Assembly: GCA_965198945.1 (NCBI GenBank)
Contig: CBDAQI010000004.1
Span: forward strand, 64,001 to 128,000
DNA length: 64,000 nucleotides
Origin: Thermodesulfobacteriota bacterium
Lineage (GTDB): Bacteria > Desulfobacterota_D > UBA1144 > Nemesobacterales > Mycalebacteriaceae
Reading direction: 5' to 3'
In this document: in pieces, positions 29,014 through 44,239 of the stretch
How the letters are laid out: every line of letters starts with the position of its first letter
How positions within the stretch are numbered: the stretch's first letter is position 1
The notes under the pieces: model-generated
What the model saw: only the letters and a program-made list of their open reading frames with translations
What the model was told of the DNA's origin: nothing
The model's database searches: none
Program-made: the position numbers and the translations under genes

Positions 29014-30489
29014 ATGGTGGATAATGAGTTTGAAAAAGCCCTTACATTTGATGACATACTCCTTGTTCCGTCTTTTTCAGAAGTTCTCCCTGCGGAGGTT
29101 GATGTTTCAACCTCTCTTACAAAATCAATCAAACTGAAAATTCCCCTCATCAGCGCCGCGATGGACACTGTTACCGAGTCAAAAACCGCAATAGCTATGG
29201 CTCAGGAAGGCGGGATTGGCGTAATCCACAGAAACCTTGATACGGACTCCCAAGTTGCCGAGGTTGAGAAAGTAAAAAAGTATGAAAGCGGAATGATAGT
29301 AAACCCTCTTACGGTGCGTCCGTCACACACGGCTGAGGAAGCTCTTGAGATAATGACCTCAAACGGCATAACCGGTCTTCCCGTAACTGAGGAGGGCGGA
29401 GTTCTTGTCGGTATGATAACCAACCGCGATTTAAGGTTTGAAAAACGGCTGTCCCGTCTGGTCAAAGAAATAATGACTCCCAAAGAAAGGCTTGTGACAG
29501 TCAGAGAGGGAAAGGTTACAACTGAAAAAGCCACTGATCTTCTTCATAAGTTCCGCATAGAAAAACTTCCCGTTGTGAACTCAAAGTTTCGTCTCAAGGG
29601 GATGATAACAATGAAGGACATAGAGAAGATAAGGAAATTTCCGGGCGCGTCAAAAGACGGTCTTGGAAGACTCAGGTGCGCGGCGGCGGTGGGAGTCGGA
29701 GACGACAGAGACGAAAGAGTTGATAAGCTCAGGGCGGCCGGATGTGATATTATCTTCATAGACACGGCGCATGCGCACTCAAAGAGGGTTATTGAAAGCG
29801 TCCGTGAGATTAAGTCAAATTTTTCCGGCCTTGAAGTTGTTGCCGGGAACATAGCAACCGCCGAGGCCGCCAAATCTCTCATAACAGCGGGAGCGGACGC
29901 GCTGAAGGTGGGTGTGGGCCCCGGTTCAATTTGTACGACAAGAGTTGTCGCCGGAGTCGGAATGCCCCAGATAACAGCCGTTTCAAAAGTGTATTCAGTT
30001 GCGCGGAGGCGCGGAATTCCCGTAATAGCGGACGGCGGTGTCAAATTCTCAGGAGATGTGGTCAAAGCGATTGCTTTTGGAGCATCGTCAGTGATGATGG
30101 GCAATATGTTTGCGGGCACTGATGAAGCTCCCGGAGAGGTTGTTTTATTTCAGGGTAGAACCTACAAGGTTTACAGGGGCATGGGCTCAATAGAGGCGAT
30201 GCGCAAAGGGGAAAGCCGCGACAGATACGCCCAGGAAGAAGTTATGGAAGCGGGCAAACTTGTTCCCGAAGGCATAGAGGGCAGGGTGCCATACAGAGGC
30301 AGTCTCGGCGGTATTGTTTATCAGATAGTCGGGGGGCTCAGGGCCGGCATGGGCTATGTGGGCTGCGGCACAATAAAAGAGCTCAACGGATATTCAAAAT
30401 TTGTTCAAATAACAAATGCGGGTCACAGAGAGGGGCATGTTCACGATGTAATCATTACCCGCGAGGCCCCGAACTACAGAATAGAGTAG
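29014..30489 (+). CDS. guaB: IMP dehydrogenase
   Basis: [35 protein letters not shown] pair. Confidence 0.98.
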   Translation: MVDNEFEKALTFDDILLVPSFSEVLPAEVDVSTSLTKSIKLKIPLISAAMDTVTESKTAIAMAQEGGIGVIHRNLDTDSQVAEVEKVKKYESGMIVNPLTVRPSHTAEEALEIMTSNGITGLPVTEEGGVLVGMITNRDLRFEKRLSRLVKEIMTPKERLVTVREGKVTTEKATDLLHKFRIEKLPVVNSKFRLKGMITMKDIEKIRKFPGASKDGLGRLRCAAAVGVGDDRDERVDKLRAAGCDIIFIDTAHAHSKRVIESVREIKSNFSGLEVVAGNIATAEAAKSLITAGADALKVGVGPGSICTTRVVAGVGMPQITAVSKVYSVARRRGIPVIADGGVKFSGDVVKAIAFGASSVMMGNMFAGTDEAPGEVVLFQGRTYKVYRGMGSIEAMRKGESRDRYAQEEVMEAGKLVPEGIEGRVPYRGSLGGIVYQIVGGLRAGMGYVGCGTIKELNGYSKFVQITNAGHREGHVHDVIITREAPNYRIE

Positions 30490-30500
30490 CGGAAAACCGA

Positions 30501-32033
30501 ATGAAGCAGACCGTTCTTGTAATTGATTTCGGTTCCCAATACACCCAGATTATAGCGCGCCGCATCCGTGAACAGGGTGTTTTTTCTGAAATCAGACCGC
30601 ACACAATCACGGCGGATGAAGTCCGTGAAATATCACCGAGCGCAATAGTTCTTTCCGGAGGACCCTCAAGCGTGTGGGACGACGGCGCCCCCGTTCTTGA
30701 CGCCGCCATCCTTGAAACAGACACGCCGCTTCTGGGGATATGTTACGGCATGCAGCTTCTTGTTCATATCCTCGGAGGGGAGATTGAGCGGTCCTGCAAA
30801 AGGGAGTTCGGCCCTGCGAACATTGAAATATCCCTCAGAGACGGTTTGTTTTCCGGGTTTCCCCCTTCGGCCGATGTCTGGATGTCTCACGGTGACAAAG
30901 TTTCGCGCCTGCCCGCCGGTTTTATTGTCACGGCACAAACTTCCAATGCCCCGATTGCCGCGATAAAACACGGCGGAAAAAACATATTCGGCACTCAGTT
31001 TCACCCCGAAGTGGCTCATACTCCCGAGGGGGGTCGGATGATCTCCAATTTTCTTTTCAAAATTGCCGGATGTAAAAAATCCTGGACACCCGAAGCATTT
31101 ATTGAGAACACCGTCCGCAATATCCGGGAGCGTGTCGGGGGATCGCGCGTTATATGCGCTCTGTCGGGCGGGGTTGATTCGTCCGTAACGGCCGCCATTT
31201 TACGCGAAGCGGTGGGCGGCGCACTGTTCTGCATTTTTGTTGACACCGGTCTTTTGCGTTTGGGAGAGGGGGACGAGGTTGTCAATATGTTTGCGGGTTC
31301 CGGCATTGAGGTTAAGCGCGTCAAAGAAGAAAAGCGTTTTCTTGAAAAACTGAGGGGGGTTTCAGACCCGGAGAAAAAGAGGAAGATAATCGGCAATGAG
31401 TTTATAGAGGTTTTTGAGCGCGAGGCGGGGAAGGTCAAAAATGCGGATTTTCTCGCTCAGGGCACTCTCTACCCCGATGTGATAGAAAGTGCGAGCGTTC
31501 CGGGTTCCGCCGCTACTATAAAAACCCATCACAATGTGGGCGGGTTGCCCGAGAGGATGGACTTGAAGCTTGTTGAGCCGCTGCGCGAACTTTTCAAGGA
31601 TGAAGTGAGAAATATCGGCAGACACCTTGGTCTTCCCTCTGCAATTCTTGACCGTCATCCGTTTCCGGGGCCGGGGCTTGCAATAAGAATACTCGGAGAG
31701 GTTACGCCCGAAGCGCTTGATATTCTCAGACGCGCAGACGCCATATACATTGATGAAATAAGAAAGGCCGGTATATATGATGAAATCTGGCAGGCGTTTG
31801 CCGTTTTCCTTCCCGTGCGCACGGTTGGTGTTATGGGAGATAAGAGAACATATGACAATGTTATTGCGCTCAGGGCGGTAACAAGCACTGACGGCATGAC
31901 GGCGGACTGGGCGAAAATACCGCCCGAAGTTCTTGAAAGAACTTCAACGCGCATCATCAATGAGATTGAAGGAGTGGGGCGGGTGGTCTATGACATCTCC
32001 ACAAAACCGCCGGGGACTATTGAGTGGGAATAA
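30501..32033 (+). CDS. guaA: GMP synthase (glutamine-hydrolysing)
   Basis: [36 protein letters not shown]. Confidence 0.98.
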   Translation: MKQTVLVIDFGSQYTQIIARRIREQGVFSEIRPHTITADEVREISPSAIVLSGGPSSVWDDGAPVLDAAILETDTPLLGICYGMQLLVHILGGEIERSCKREFGPANIEISLRDGLFSGFPPSADVWMSHGDKVSRLPAGFIVTAQTSNAPIAAIKHGGKNIFGTQFHPEVAHTPEGGRMISNFLFKIAGCKKSWTPEAFIENTVRNIRERVGGSRVICALSGGVDSSVTAAILREAVGGALFCIFVDTGLLRLGEGDEVVNMFAGSGIEVKRVKEEKRFLEKLRGVSDPEKKRKIIGNEFIEVFEREAGKVKNADFLAQGTLYPDVIESASVPGSAATIKTHHNVGGLPERMDLKLVEPLRELFKDEVRNIGRHLGLPSAILDRHPFPGPGLAIRILGEVTPEALDILRRADAIYIDEIRKAGIYDEIWQAFAVFLPVRTVGVMGDKRTYDNVIALRAVTSTDGMTADWAKIPPEVLERTSTRIINEIEGVGRVVYDISTKPPGTIEWE

Positions 32034-32044
32034 GGTTGCAGTTT

Positions 32045-32257
32045 CTATTTTTCTTTCTTCAAAAGCACAAACTCTCCATATGAGCAGACAAGCTCCCAAC
32101 CGCCTTCTCCGAGTTTGTTAAGCTCTTTTTCCATTTTGTTTCGGGATTCTTCCGCTCTCGCTTTCCCCTCTTCAAACGAAACATCTATGTCATGGTTTGA
32201 GGAATCCTTAACAAGGCTTCTCAAAGGCACAATTTTGTATTCCCATTTTTGCATCAT
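32045..32257 (-). CDS. DUF4177-like small protein
   Basis: KWEYKIV...LNKLGEGGWELV. Confidence 0.75.
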   Translation of the reverse strand: MMQKWEYKIVPLRSLVKDSSNHDIDVSFEEGKARAEESRNKMEKELNKLGEGGWELVCSYGEFVLLKKEK

Positions 32258-32259
32258 GT

Positions 32260-32433
32260 TTATTCTTGATTTTTATCCTCTTCCTCTTCTTCGCCGGATG
32301 TAACAAATTCGGCATTATCGCTTGAGTCATTAATCTCTTTGATATGTTCTTCAAAGTCACTCTCTGAGATAACACCCCCGGCAATATTTCTTTCCACCAC
32401 ACGCACATCAAAAACTGAGTTTTTGTCAGACAT
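32260..32433 (-). CDS. Small acidic conserved hypothetical protein
   Basis: FDVRVVERNI..G.IS motif; RBS GAGGGAG upstream of MSDKN. Confidence 0.65.
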   Translation of the reverse strand: MSDKNSVFDVRVVERNIAGGVISESDFEEHIKEINDSSDNAEFVTSGEEEEEDKNQE

Positions 32434-32524
32434 TTTTAGCTCCCTCATTAAAAAATCGGCGCTTTGACAAACCCCGCAGGCTCTCAACCGTAAAGCGCCT
32501 TATAATGTTAAAATCTATACGGTT

Positions 32525-33328
32525 TTGTCTGAACATAAAAACAGCGGGCACAGTTTCATCGCGGTTGACATTGGCAACACGGCCATCTGCGCGGCCGTGT
32601 TTCACAAATGCGATCTGCATGTCAGGCATTGGGAAGTCGGCGGATATGTTGAGGTTGCGCTGTCGGACTCTCACACGTTTGCCGATGCCCTTTCTCGCAT
32701 TTCCGGGGGCTCCCTCACCGGGGCTATTATCGGTTCCGTCGTGGAGAACCGTTTTACGCAAACCGCAGCCGTGGCGGTTGAATCCGTTTTCGGACTCACT
32801 CCTCTTATTGCCGAATGCGGAATGAAAACGGGTCTTGAAATTGCTTATCAAAACCCCGGCGGCCTTGGAATTGACAGACTTGCAAACGCCGCTTCACTGT
32901 TTGCTCTGACCCGTGGGGCGTGCATTGCCGTTGACCTCGGAACCGCCACCACTTTTGACTGCGTATCGGGCGACGGAGTTTATACCGGAGGCGCAATAGC
33001 GGCGGGGCTTGATTCCTTCCGTAAAGCGCTTGTCATTGACGCGCCCGCTCTTCCCCAAATACCGCTTGAGTTTCCTTCCTCCGTTATGGGCTCAAATACT
33101 GAAGACTGCATAAAATCGGGAACGATGTTCGGCTACGCACGGATGGTTGATGCAATGGTGCGGGCTTTGTCATCAGCCATGAATGCTGATCCGCGCGTTG
33201 TTGCCACGGGCGGTTTCTCAAAGATTCTTTTGGACGAATGCGAGACATTTTCCGAGACCGACCGCTTGCTTACTCTTAAAGGGCTTGTGATAATTCTTCT
33301 CAAAAATGGAAAAATTTCTTCTGTATGA
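32525..33328 (+). CDS. coaX: Type III pantothenate kinase
   Basis: AVDIGNT, LGIDRLAN, VDLGTATTFD, VATGG. Confidence 0.93.
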   Translation: MSEHKNSGHSFIAVDIGNTAICAAVFHKCDLHVRHWEVGGYVEVALSDSHTFADALSRISGGSLTGAIIGSVVENRFTQTAAVAVESVFGLTPLIAECGMKTGLEIAYQNPGGLGIDRLANAASLFALTRGACIAVDLGTATTFDCVSGDGVYTGGAIAAGLDSFRKALVIDAPALPQIPLEFPSSVMGSNTEDCIKSGTMFGYARMVDAMVRALSSAMNADPRVVATGGFSKILLDECETFSETDRLLTLKGLVIILLKNGKISSV

Positions 33329-33674
33329 AAAAAAGACGGAAAAGCCGCATTTTTTTCTCATTATAGGGAAAAGGGCTTGGATTGTGCCTTTTCCGGTCCC
33401 TTTTGAAGCGGGAAAAAGGCGGCTCGCCATTGAGGCTGTACCCGATGCGGGGGGAGAACCCCAGCCCGCTTCCGGTTTGGATTTTGTTGAGAGCGGGCGT
33501 GTTGTCATAAATAATGAAAGGGAAGGAAAATTTGGTTTTACTGTTGTTTCAAACACCGGCTCGGTTATTACAGGTAACTTTGTTTTTATTCTGCCCTCAT
33601 GGGGAAGGAATACAAAGAGGAGGCTGTGGCTGCTGGTGAAATCAAAAAAACAACAAGGAGAAAGGCAATGTTAA
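33306..33674 (+). CDS. Hypothetical protein resembling a degenerate LigD 3'-phosphoesterase domain
   Basis: AWIVP, GKRRLAI, GKFGF, GNFVFI, WLLVK spacing mirrors PE domains. Confidence 0.5.
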   Translation: MEKFLLYEKKTEKPHFFLIIGKRAWIVPFPVPFEAGKRRLAIEAVPDAGGEPQPASGLDFVESGRVVINNEREGKFGFTVVSNTGSVITGNFVFILPSWGRNTKRRLWLLVKSKKQQGERQC

Positions 33675-33952
33675 AACACATTGTTATGTGGAGACTGAGA
33701 CAACAGGAGAAGAATGCTCCGGCGCTTAAGGAAATGCTTGAGGGGCTTGCGGACAAGATACCCCAAATTGTGAAGATTGAAGCGGGAGTGAATTTCAATC
33801 CTTCGGAAGCGGCCTCCGACGTTGTTTTGTATTCAGAGTTTGAAAATGCCGAAGCGCTTGCCGTCTACCAGAAACATCCCGACCATGTAAAAGTTGCCGA
33901 GTTTCTTAAAAATCTTGCGACCGACAGACGTGTTGTTGATTATGAAATCTGA
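33668..33952 (+). CDS. Dabb stress-responsive A/B barrel protein
   Basis: MLKHIVMW, DVVLYSEF, YQKHPDH, VVDYE. Confidence 0.9.
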   Translation: MLKHIVMWRLRQQEKNAPALKEMLEGLADKIPQIVKIEAGVNFNPSEAASDVVLYSEFENAEALAVYQKHPDHVKVAEFLKNLATDRRVVDYEI

Positions 33953-35645
33953 CCTCCGGCAGGCTTTTCTTCAAATATGTTTTTTCTTTGCCGTTATCTG
34001 CGCGGCGGTTTGTTCCATTGCGGAAGAAAACCGCCCGGGCGCCGCAATGATCAGCGCCGCCAACCCTTACGCTGTTCGCGCGGGCGCTGAAATTCTTCGC
34101 GCAGGCGGCTCCGCGGTTGATGCGGCGATAGCCGCGCAGATGGTTCTAACTCTCGTTGAGCCCCAGTCTTCAGGCATCGGGGGCGGAGGTTTTATGCTTC
34201 ACTGGGACAATGCCTCAAAAAAACTTACAACTTTTGACGGCAGAGAGACCGCTCCCTTATCCGCTTCGGGCGGGCTTTTCCTTCACAGCGGCAAGCCCAT
34301 TGAATGGAATGAAGCCGCTTCCGGAGCTCTTTCCGTCGGAACTCCGGGCCTGCTCGCCATGCTTGAAAAAGCGCACGAAAAATATGGCAGGCTTAGGTGG
34401 AAAACTCTTTTTGAGCCCGCAATGAAACTTGCGCAAAACGGGTTTACGGTCTCTCCGCGTCTTGCGGAGATGGTTGAAGAAAACCGCGAAAAGGTTCTTT
34501 TCAAATATCCCGAAACACGAGCTTACTTCTTTTCTGAATCGGGGAAAGCCGTTAAAGCCGGTTCAGTTTTGAAAAATCACGATTTGGCTGAAACTTTCGC
34601 TCTTGTGGCGGAAAAAGGAGGTCGCTTTTTCTATTACGGGTCTCCCGCACATGATATTGTCCGCAGGGTTCAGGGCGCGGGCGGGCTTCTTTCAATTTCC
34701 GATTTCCGCCGCTATGAAGCCGTGGAGCGTGAACCCGTTTGCGGCGGGTACCGCTCATACATCGTCTGTTCCATGGGGCCTCCGACTTCAGGCGGCCTGA
34801 CAGTCATGCAAATCCTTAAAATGCTTGAGCCTTTTGATATGGCGTCTTTGCAACCGATGTCGGTCCGGGCCGCGCACCTTTTTACCCAAGCCGCACGTCT
34901 TGCATATTCGGACAGAGACGTTCACATGGCAGATCCTGATTTTCATGCCGTTCCCGTGGCAAAACTGACCGATACCGGCTATCTGAAAGAGCGTTCGCGT
35001 CTCATAGATAAGGGGGCTGAAATGGGCGAAGCGTCTTCGGGGATAGACGGATGCGCCGCCCGGAACGGTGACACAGCTCTTGAGCTTCCCTCAACAACTC
35101 ATTTGTCCGTTGTTGACGAATGGGGCGGCGCAGTTTCAATGACTTCAAGCATAGAGAGCGCTTTCGGTTCGGGGTTGATGGCGGGCGGGTTTGCGCTGAA
35201 CAATCAGCTGACGGATTTTTCTTTTTCAGAGTTTGGCAAAAACGGCTGCCGGATAGCCAACCGGGTTGAGCCCGGGAAAAGACCCAGGAGTTCAATGTCT
35301 CCCGTGATTGTTTTTGATGAACTTTGGCGGCCGCGCCTTATAATCGGTTCTCCGGGAGGAAGCAGGATAATAAACTATGTGGCGCGCACGATTGTAGCCG
35401 TTATTGACTGGGGTCTTGATGTTCAAACGGCGGTAAGCCTTCCGAACTATTCAAACCGCAACGGGAAAACTGAATTGGAAATTGGCACCGAATCTGAAAA
35501 TCTCGCCCCCGCGCTTGAAAAACTTGGACACCAAATCAAAGTCACCGAACTTGTGAGCGGACTTCACGGCATTGAGTTCACGGAAAACGGGGTCCGCGGG
35601 GGCGCAGACCCGAGAAGAGAGGGTATGTTTTTGAAGGCGGATTAG
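33942..35645 (+). CDS. ggt: Gamma-glutamyltransferase with signal peptide
   Basis: GGSAVDAAIA, DGRETAP, TTHLSVVD, LNNQLTDF, PGKRPRSSMSP, GADPRREG. Confidence 0.96.
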   Translation: MKSDLRQAFLQICFFFAVICAAVCSIAEENRPGAAMISAANPYAVRAGAEILRAGGSAVDAAIAAQMVLTLVEPQSSGIGGGGFMLHWDNASKKLTTFDGRETAPLSASGGLFLHSGKPIEWNEAASGALSVGTPGLLAMLEKAHEKYGRLRWKTLFEPAMKLAQNGFTVSPRLAEMVEENREKVLFKYPETRAYFFSESGKAVKAGSVLKNHDLAETFALVAEKGGRFFYYGSPAHDIVRRVQGAGGLLSISDFRRYEAVEREPVCGGYRSYIVCSMGPPTSGGLTVMQILKMLEPFDMASLQPMSVRAAHLFTQAARLAYSDRDVHMADPDFHAVPVAKLTDTGYLKERSRLIDKGAEMGEASSGIDGCAARNGDTALELPSTTHLSVVDEWGGAVSMTSSIESAFGSGLMAGGFALNNQLTDFSFSEFGKNGCRIANRVEPGKRPRSSMSPVIVFDELWRPRLIIGSPGGSRIINYVARTIVAVIDWGLDVQTAVSLPNYSNRNGKTELEIGTESENLAPALEKLGHQIKVTELVSGLHGIEFTENGVRGGADPRREGMFLKAD

Positions 35646-35649
35646 AGTT

Positions 35650-38567
<2,918 letters not shown>

Positions 38568-38605
38568 TTTTGGCGTTTGAAATCGTGAATTAAGGAGAAA
38601 CGATA

Positions 38606-39680
38606 ATGCGGATAACTCAGGACAATTCTGATAATAAAGACAGGGTTCGCGCTCTTGTTAAAAACTATTACGGCGGAGTTCTCAAATCCTCGGCTGATTT
38701 GAAGACAAACTCCTGCTGTTGCGCGGAGCCTGACGGGGAAATGACCGACATTGTTTCACAGATTCACGAGGAAGTGGTTTCAAAATACTATGGTTGCGGT
38801 TCGGTTATTCCGCCCCTGCTTGAGGGGATGAAGGTTCTTGATCTCGGCTCGGGTTCGGGGCGTGACGCTTTTATTCTTTCAAAACTTGTGGGCGAGAGCG
38901 GCTCGGTTGTCGGAATTGATATGACAGATGAGCAGCTTGAGGTTGCAAATCGCCATATTGACTACCACACTGAAATTTTCGGCTACAAAAAACCCAATGT
39001 GTCTTTCAAAAAAGGATACATAGAGCTGCTTGAAGACGCCGCAATAGCGGAGGGGGAGTTTGACATTGCGGTTTCAAACTGTGTTGTAAATCTTTCTCCG
39101 GACAAAAACGCCGTTTTGGAGCAGGTCTACAGGGCTTTGAAGCCCGGAGGAGAATTCTATTTCAGTGACGTGTATGCCGACAGGGCGCATTGCCCCTGAA
39201 GCGGCGCAAGACCCCGTTCTCTACGGAGAATGTCTCGGAGGCGCCCTTTATACGGAGGATTTCCGCCGCATAGCCGCAAAGGCCGGTTTTCCGGACTGCC
39301 GGGTTGTTGAAGGAAAAACAATAGAAATAGGTGATGAGGGAGCCCTCGCTCTTGTCCGTAACGCAAGTTTCGCTTCCATAACATACCGTCTTTTCAAAAT
39401 TGACGGACTTGAAGACGCATGTGAAGACTACGGACAGGCGGTTCGCTATAAAGGCGGCATTCCCGGTTTTCCTTTCCGGTTTGATTTGGACAACGGACAC
39501 GGGTTTGAAAAGGGAAGGGTTTTCCCGGTTTGCGCGAACACTTTTATGATGCTTGAAAAAACAAGGTTCGCGAAGTATTTTGACTTCTTCGGAGATATGA
39601 CGGAACGCCTCGGACTTTTTGCCGATTGCGGAAATTCTTCGTTTGATTCAACTTCTCTCACTGACAGTTCCTGTTGTTGA
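38606..39680 (+). CDS. arsM: Arsenite methyltransferase-like SAM-dependent MTase (+1 frameshift at ~39185)
   Basis: DLKTNSCC, YYGCG, LDLGSGSGRD, SNCVVNLSPDK, LYGECLGGALY; extra G in DRRI codons. Confidence 0.8.
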
Positions 39681-39983
39681 GATACCCTCCGGCAAGGCAG
39701 TCTGCGCCCATTTTTTATACTTGTTTTAGAAGCAAAAAACTGGTGTTCCGAGTCAGTTTTTTTCTGTTTTACATTTTGCTTTATCTATCAAATTCTATAA
39801 TGATTACAAGATGTTATAAATTAGATTTGAAGCGTATTCTTTGTTTTGGCATGTTAAGTGATTCGGTTAACTTGCTGGGGAGTGTTTGATGTGTGCAGTG
39901 AGTGGGTTTTATTTGTTTTGAACATTGTCCGGCCGGTTGCGGTTAGTTTTGTTTCTTCGGTATAAACTTGGGCTGAAATTGCC

Positions 39984-42900
39984 ATGCCGAAGCGAACTGA
40001 TATTGAAAGCGTCCTCCTTATTGGATCCGGTCCGATTGTCATAGGGCAGGCATGTGAATTTGACTACTCAGGCACTCAAGCTTGCAAGGCGCTCAAAGAT
40101 GACGGATACAAAACAATTCTTGTAAACAGCAATCCCGCGACCATCATGACAGACCCTTCGGTTGCGGACCGCACCTACATAGAGCCCATTGAGACGCAAA
40201 CGGTTGCCAAAATAATAGAAAAAGAGCGGCCAGACGCCCTTTTGCCCACCCTTGGAGGGCAGACCGCCCTCAATACGGCGGTCAATCTTGCTGAAAACGG
40301 GATTCTTGAAAAGTTCGGCGTTCGTCTTATAGGGGCAAACCCCGAAGCGATAAAAAAAGCCGAAAGCAGGGAATTGTTCAAAAAGTCTATGCTCAAAATA
40401 GGGCTGGGTCTGCCTGAGAGCGGCCTTGCGCGAAATATGGACGAGGCTTGGGAAGTGGTTGAAAAAGTGGGTTTCCCGGCGATTATAAGGTCTTCCTTCA
40501 CACTGGGCGGCAGCGGAGGAAGCATCGTCTATAACAGAGAAGAATTTCCCTCGTATGCTGAAGCCGGTCTGGACGCCAGCCCGATAAGTGAGATTCTGAT
40601 TGAGCAGTCGGTTCTGGGTTGGAAAGAGTTTGAATTTGAGGTGATGAGAGACCTTAATGACAACGTTGTGATTATCTGCTCCATTGAAAATTTTGACCCG
40701 ATGGGTGTTCACACCGGAGACAGCATAACCGTTGCGCCCGCCCAGACCCTTACAGACAAAGAGTATCAGCGCCTGAGAGACGCCTCCGTATCAGTCATAA
40801 GAGAAATAGGTGTTGAAACCGGCGGGTCAAACATACAGTTCGCCGTCAATCCCGAGAACGGAGAGTTTATCGTGATTGAGATGAATCCGAGGGTGTCAAG
40901 GAGCTCGGCTCTAGCTTCAAAGGCAACAGGTTTTCCGATAGCCAAAATAGCGGCGAAACTTGCCGTCGGATACACGCTTGACGAAATTTCAAACGATATA
41001 ACCCGCTATACTCCGGCCTCTTTTGAGCCCCCGCGATAGACTACGTTGTGGTAAAAATTCCCAGATTTGCCTTTGAGAAATTTCCCGAAACCTCTTCCAC
41101 TCTTACAACTCAGATGAAATCAGTCGGCGAGGCTATGGCAATGGGAAGAACTTTCAAGGAATCACTGCAAAAAGCCGTCCGGTCTCTTGAGACTGATCGT
41201 TCTTTTCTGAGCCCGGTAACGGATGACCCCGAATACGTAAGGCAGAAACTCAGCACTCCCGGCCCCGACAGGCTCTGGTTCATAGCGGACGCTTTCCGTC
41301 TGGGTTTTGAAGAAGATGAAATTTACCGGCTCAGTTCAATAGACCGGTGGTTTCTCCGCAATATTTTTCAGATAGTTGAACAGGAAAAAATCATCAAAAG
41401 TTTTGAGGGTTCAGTTCCTTCCTCCGAAGTTCTGAGACAGTCAAAGGAAAAAGGTTTTTCCGACTTGGCGATTGCCTCTTTGACGGGCAAAAGCGAAGAC
41501 GAAATAAGACGGGAGCGTGTGAGACTCGGCATTGTTTCTTCCTACAAAATGGTTGACACTTGCGCCGCAGAGTTTGAATCTTACACACCGTATCTCTACT
41601 CTTCATATGACCCGCACAGTGAAGCTCCGGCAAGCGATAGAAAGAAAGTTATGATTCTCGGCGGCGGCCCGAACAGAATAGGTCAGGGCATAGAATTTGA
41701 TTACTGTTGTGTTCACGCCGCGTTTGCAATGAAAGAGCGCGGGTATGAAACCATTATGGTTAACTGCAATCCCGAAACGGTCAGCACCGATTACGACACT
41801 TCGGACAGGCTTTATTTTGAGCCGCTGACCCTTGAGGATGTGCTTTCCATAGTTGACAGGGAAAAACCCGAAGGCGTGATAGTGAACTTTGGCGGCCAGA
41901 CCCCGCTCAATCTTGCGATTCCGCTTGAAAGGCGCGGGGTTAAAATCATGGGAACTTCCCCGGACAGCATAGACCTTGCTGAAGACAGAGAGAGGTTTAA
42001 CAAACTTGTTTCGGAACTTGGTTTGAAGCAGCCGGCCGGGGCGATAACGCGAAGCGCCGATGAGGCGATTCGCAGGGCGGATGAAATAGGCTATCCGGTT
42101 GTCGTGCGCCCCTCATATGTTCTTGGCGGCAGGGCTATGGAGATAGTTTACAAGAGGGAAGACCTTGTGCGCTACATCAGCGAGGCGGTGAGGGTTTCTC
42201 AGAACCGGCCAAATACTCATCGATGAATTTATGAAAAATGCCGGGGAGGTTGATGTTGACGCGGTTTGTGACGGCAGAACGGTTGTTGTCGGAGCGGTGA
42301 TGGAGCACATAGAGGAGGCGGGAGTTCATTCCGGCGACAGCGCTATGATAACGCCTCCCGTTTCAATAGATAAAAAGACCGTTGATGAGATAATCGCCCA
42401 GACAAAAGCTCTTGCCCTCGGAATTGATGCGCGCGGGCTTGTAAATGTGCAGTTTGCGGTCAAAGACGGTGAGGTGTTCATAATTGAACTCAACCCCAGA
42501 GCGAGCAGAACGGTTCCGTTTGTAAGCAAGGCAATCGGTGTGCCGCTTGCCAAAGTGGCGACTTATATCATGTCCGGCATGACGCTTGAAGAAATAGGAT
42601 TCACAAAAGAGATTGAGCCGAAACTTTTTTGCGTCAAAGAGTCGGTCTTCCCTTTTCTCCGCTTTTCCGGGGTGGACACCATACTCGGTCCCGAAATGAA
42701 ATCCACCGGTGAGGTTATGGGTATGGATGCCAATATCAAAAGGGCTTTCGCCAAATCTCAAATTGCGGCGGGTAATTCTCTTCCGGTTTCGGGAACCGCT
42801 TTTATAAGCGTTCGTGATGAAGACAAAAATGATACAACGGTTGATGTTGCGCGCCGACTGGGCGCCGTCGGATTTGAAATAGTAGCCACTTCGGGAACTG

Positions 42901-43199
42901 CGCGTTTTTTGTCCGCAACAGGAGTCCTCTGCAAGACGGTTAAAAAGGTCAAGGAGGGAAGACCCAATATTGTTGATATTCTGAAAAATGACGGAGTTCA
43001 TCTTGTTATTAACACCACAACCGGCAAGGAGCAGGTGCTTCAGTCATTTTCCATCAGGCGCACTTCCCTTGTGAACTCAATTCCCTACTTTACAACCATT
43101 GAAGGCGCAAAGGCGGCCACGGGAGCCATAGAGGAAATTTGCGGACAGACCCTTGGGGTTAACGCTCTTCAGGATTTTGAGAATCCGGGTTCAATTTGA
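39984..43199 (+). CDS. carB: Carbamoyl-phosphate synthase large subunit (frameshifts at ~41030 and ~42210, probably sequencing errors)
   Basis: [41 protein letters not shown] domain across three ORFs. Confidence 0.96.
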
Positions 43200-43222
43200 T
43201 AGAATCGTCTACGGGTCAAGTT

Positions 43223-43696
43223 ATGAGTTCCAGAATTCCTATTACGCCGGGCGGCTATGAAAAACTCAAAAAAGAGCTTGCGCGCCTTAAAAATGTTGAG
43301 CGTCCCGATATTATAAAACAGATTGAGTATGCTCGCTCACTCGGTGATTTATCAGAGAATGCCGAATATGAAACGGCAAAAAACAAACAGTCAATGGTTG
43401 AGGGCAGAATCAAAGATATTGAGGCGAAGATAGGACTTGCCGAGGTTATAGACCCTGAACGGATTACCAACAAAGAAAAGGTTGTTTTCGGTCTGACCGT
43501 TACGGTCGAGGATATTGAAACCGGCGACACAAACAAATATCAGCTCGTAGGCCCGGATGAGACTGACCCGGAAGGAGGCCTTATCTCAATAACCTCACCC
43601 ATTGGAAGAGCCCTTGTGGGAAAGGAGATTGAAGACGAAATAAAGGTTGCGGCTCCCGGGGGCATGAGAGAGTTTGTGATTGTGGGGATAGATTGA
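43223..43696 (+). CDS. greA: Transcription elongation factor GreA
   Basis: ARSLGDLSENAEYE, ISITSPIGRALVGK. Confidence 0.96.
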   Translation: MSSRIPITPGGYEKLKKELARLKNVERPDIIKQIEYARSLGDLSENAEYETAKNKQSMVEGRIKDIEAKIGLAEVIDPERITNKEKVVFGLTVTVEDIETGDTNKYQLVGPDETDPEGGLISITSPIGRALVGKEIEDEIKVAAPGGMREFVIVGID

Positions 43697-44239
43697 AAGG
43701 GCTTTCAGGCTTGCTTCCAAAAACCTTTTTGCTTTTTTCCGCGCTTGCGCTTTTGCTTTTTTTGCCGGCCGCTTCAGGCTGTTTTGCGGAGGAGAAAGAA
43801 CCCGCTCACCTTGCCGGAATTGACCCTGAAGATGTTGACTGGAAAGCGAAGACGGACAGTTACTGGCGCGCCGTTCTTTCAGAAAAAACGTTTCAGAATA
43901 TGCAGAAAAGTCGGAACGGAGTATCCCGGCACCGGCAAATACGACAGTTTCTATGAAAAGGGAGTTTACAGATGCTCAAGCTGCGGGCTTGAGTTGTTTT
44001 CCTCAGAAGACAAATACAATTCCCACACCGGGTGGCCAAGTTTCCGGCGTCCGATCAGAGACGGAGCCGTGGCTTACAAAGACGATTTTTCTTTCGGGAT
44101 GAGAAGAACGGAAATTGTTTGCGCAAGGTGCGGCGCGCATCTCGGACATGTTTTTGATGACGGCCCAAAACCGACCGGAAAACGTTATTGCGTTAATTCA
44201 ATATGCCTTTTTCACGAAAAGCCGGGAGGAAAATTTTAA
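43693..44239 (+). CDS. msrB: Exported methionine-R-sulfoxide reductase (+1 frameshift at ~43892)
   Basis: Signal peptide ORF joins GTEYP..., GWPSF, HLGHVFDDGP, RYCVNS. Confidence 0.9.

Noticed and set aside
32033..32500. Island integration at the guaA 3' end
   Set aside because: No integrase, direct repeat or compositional shift after guaA
39681..39983. ncRNA or attenuator in the AT-rich gap before carB
   Set aside because: No convincing hairpins or known motifs seen by eye
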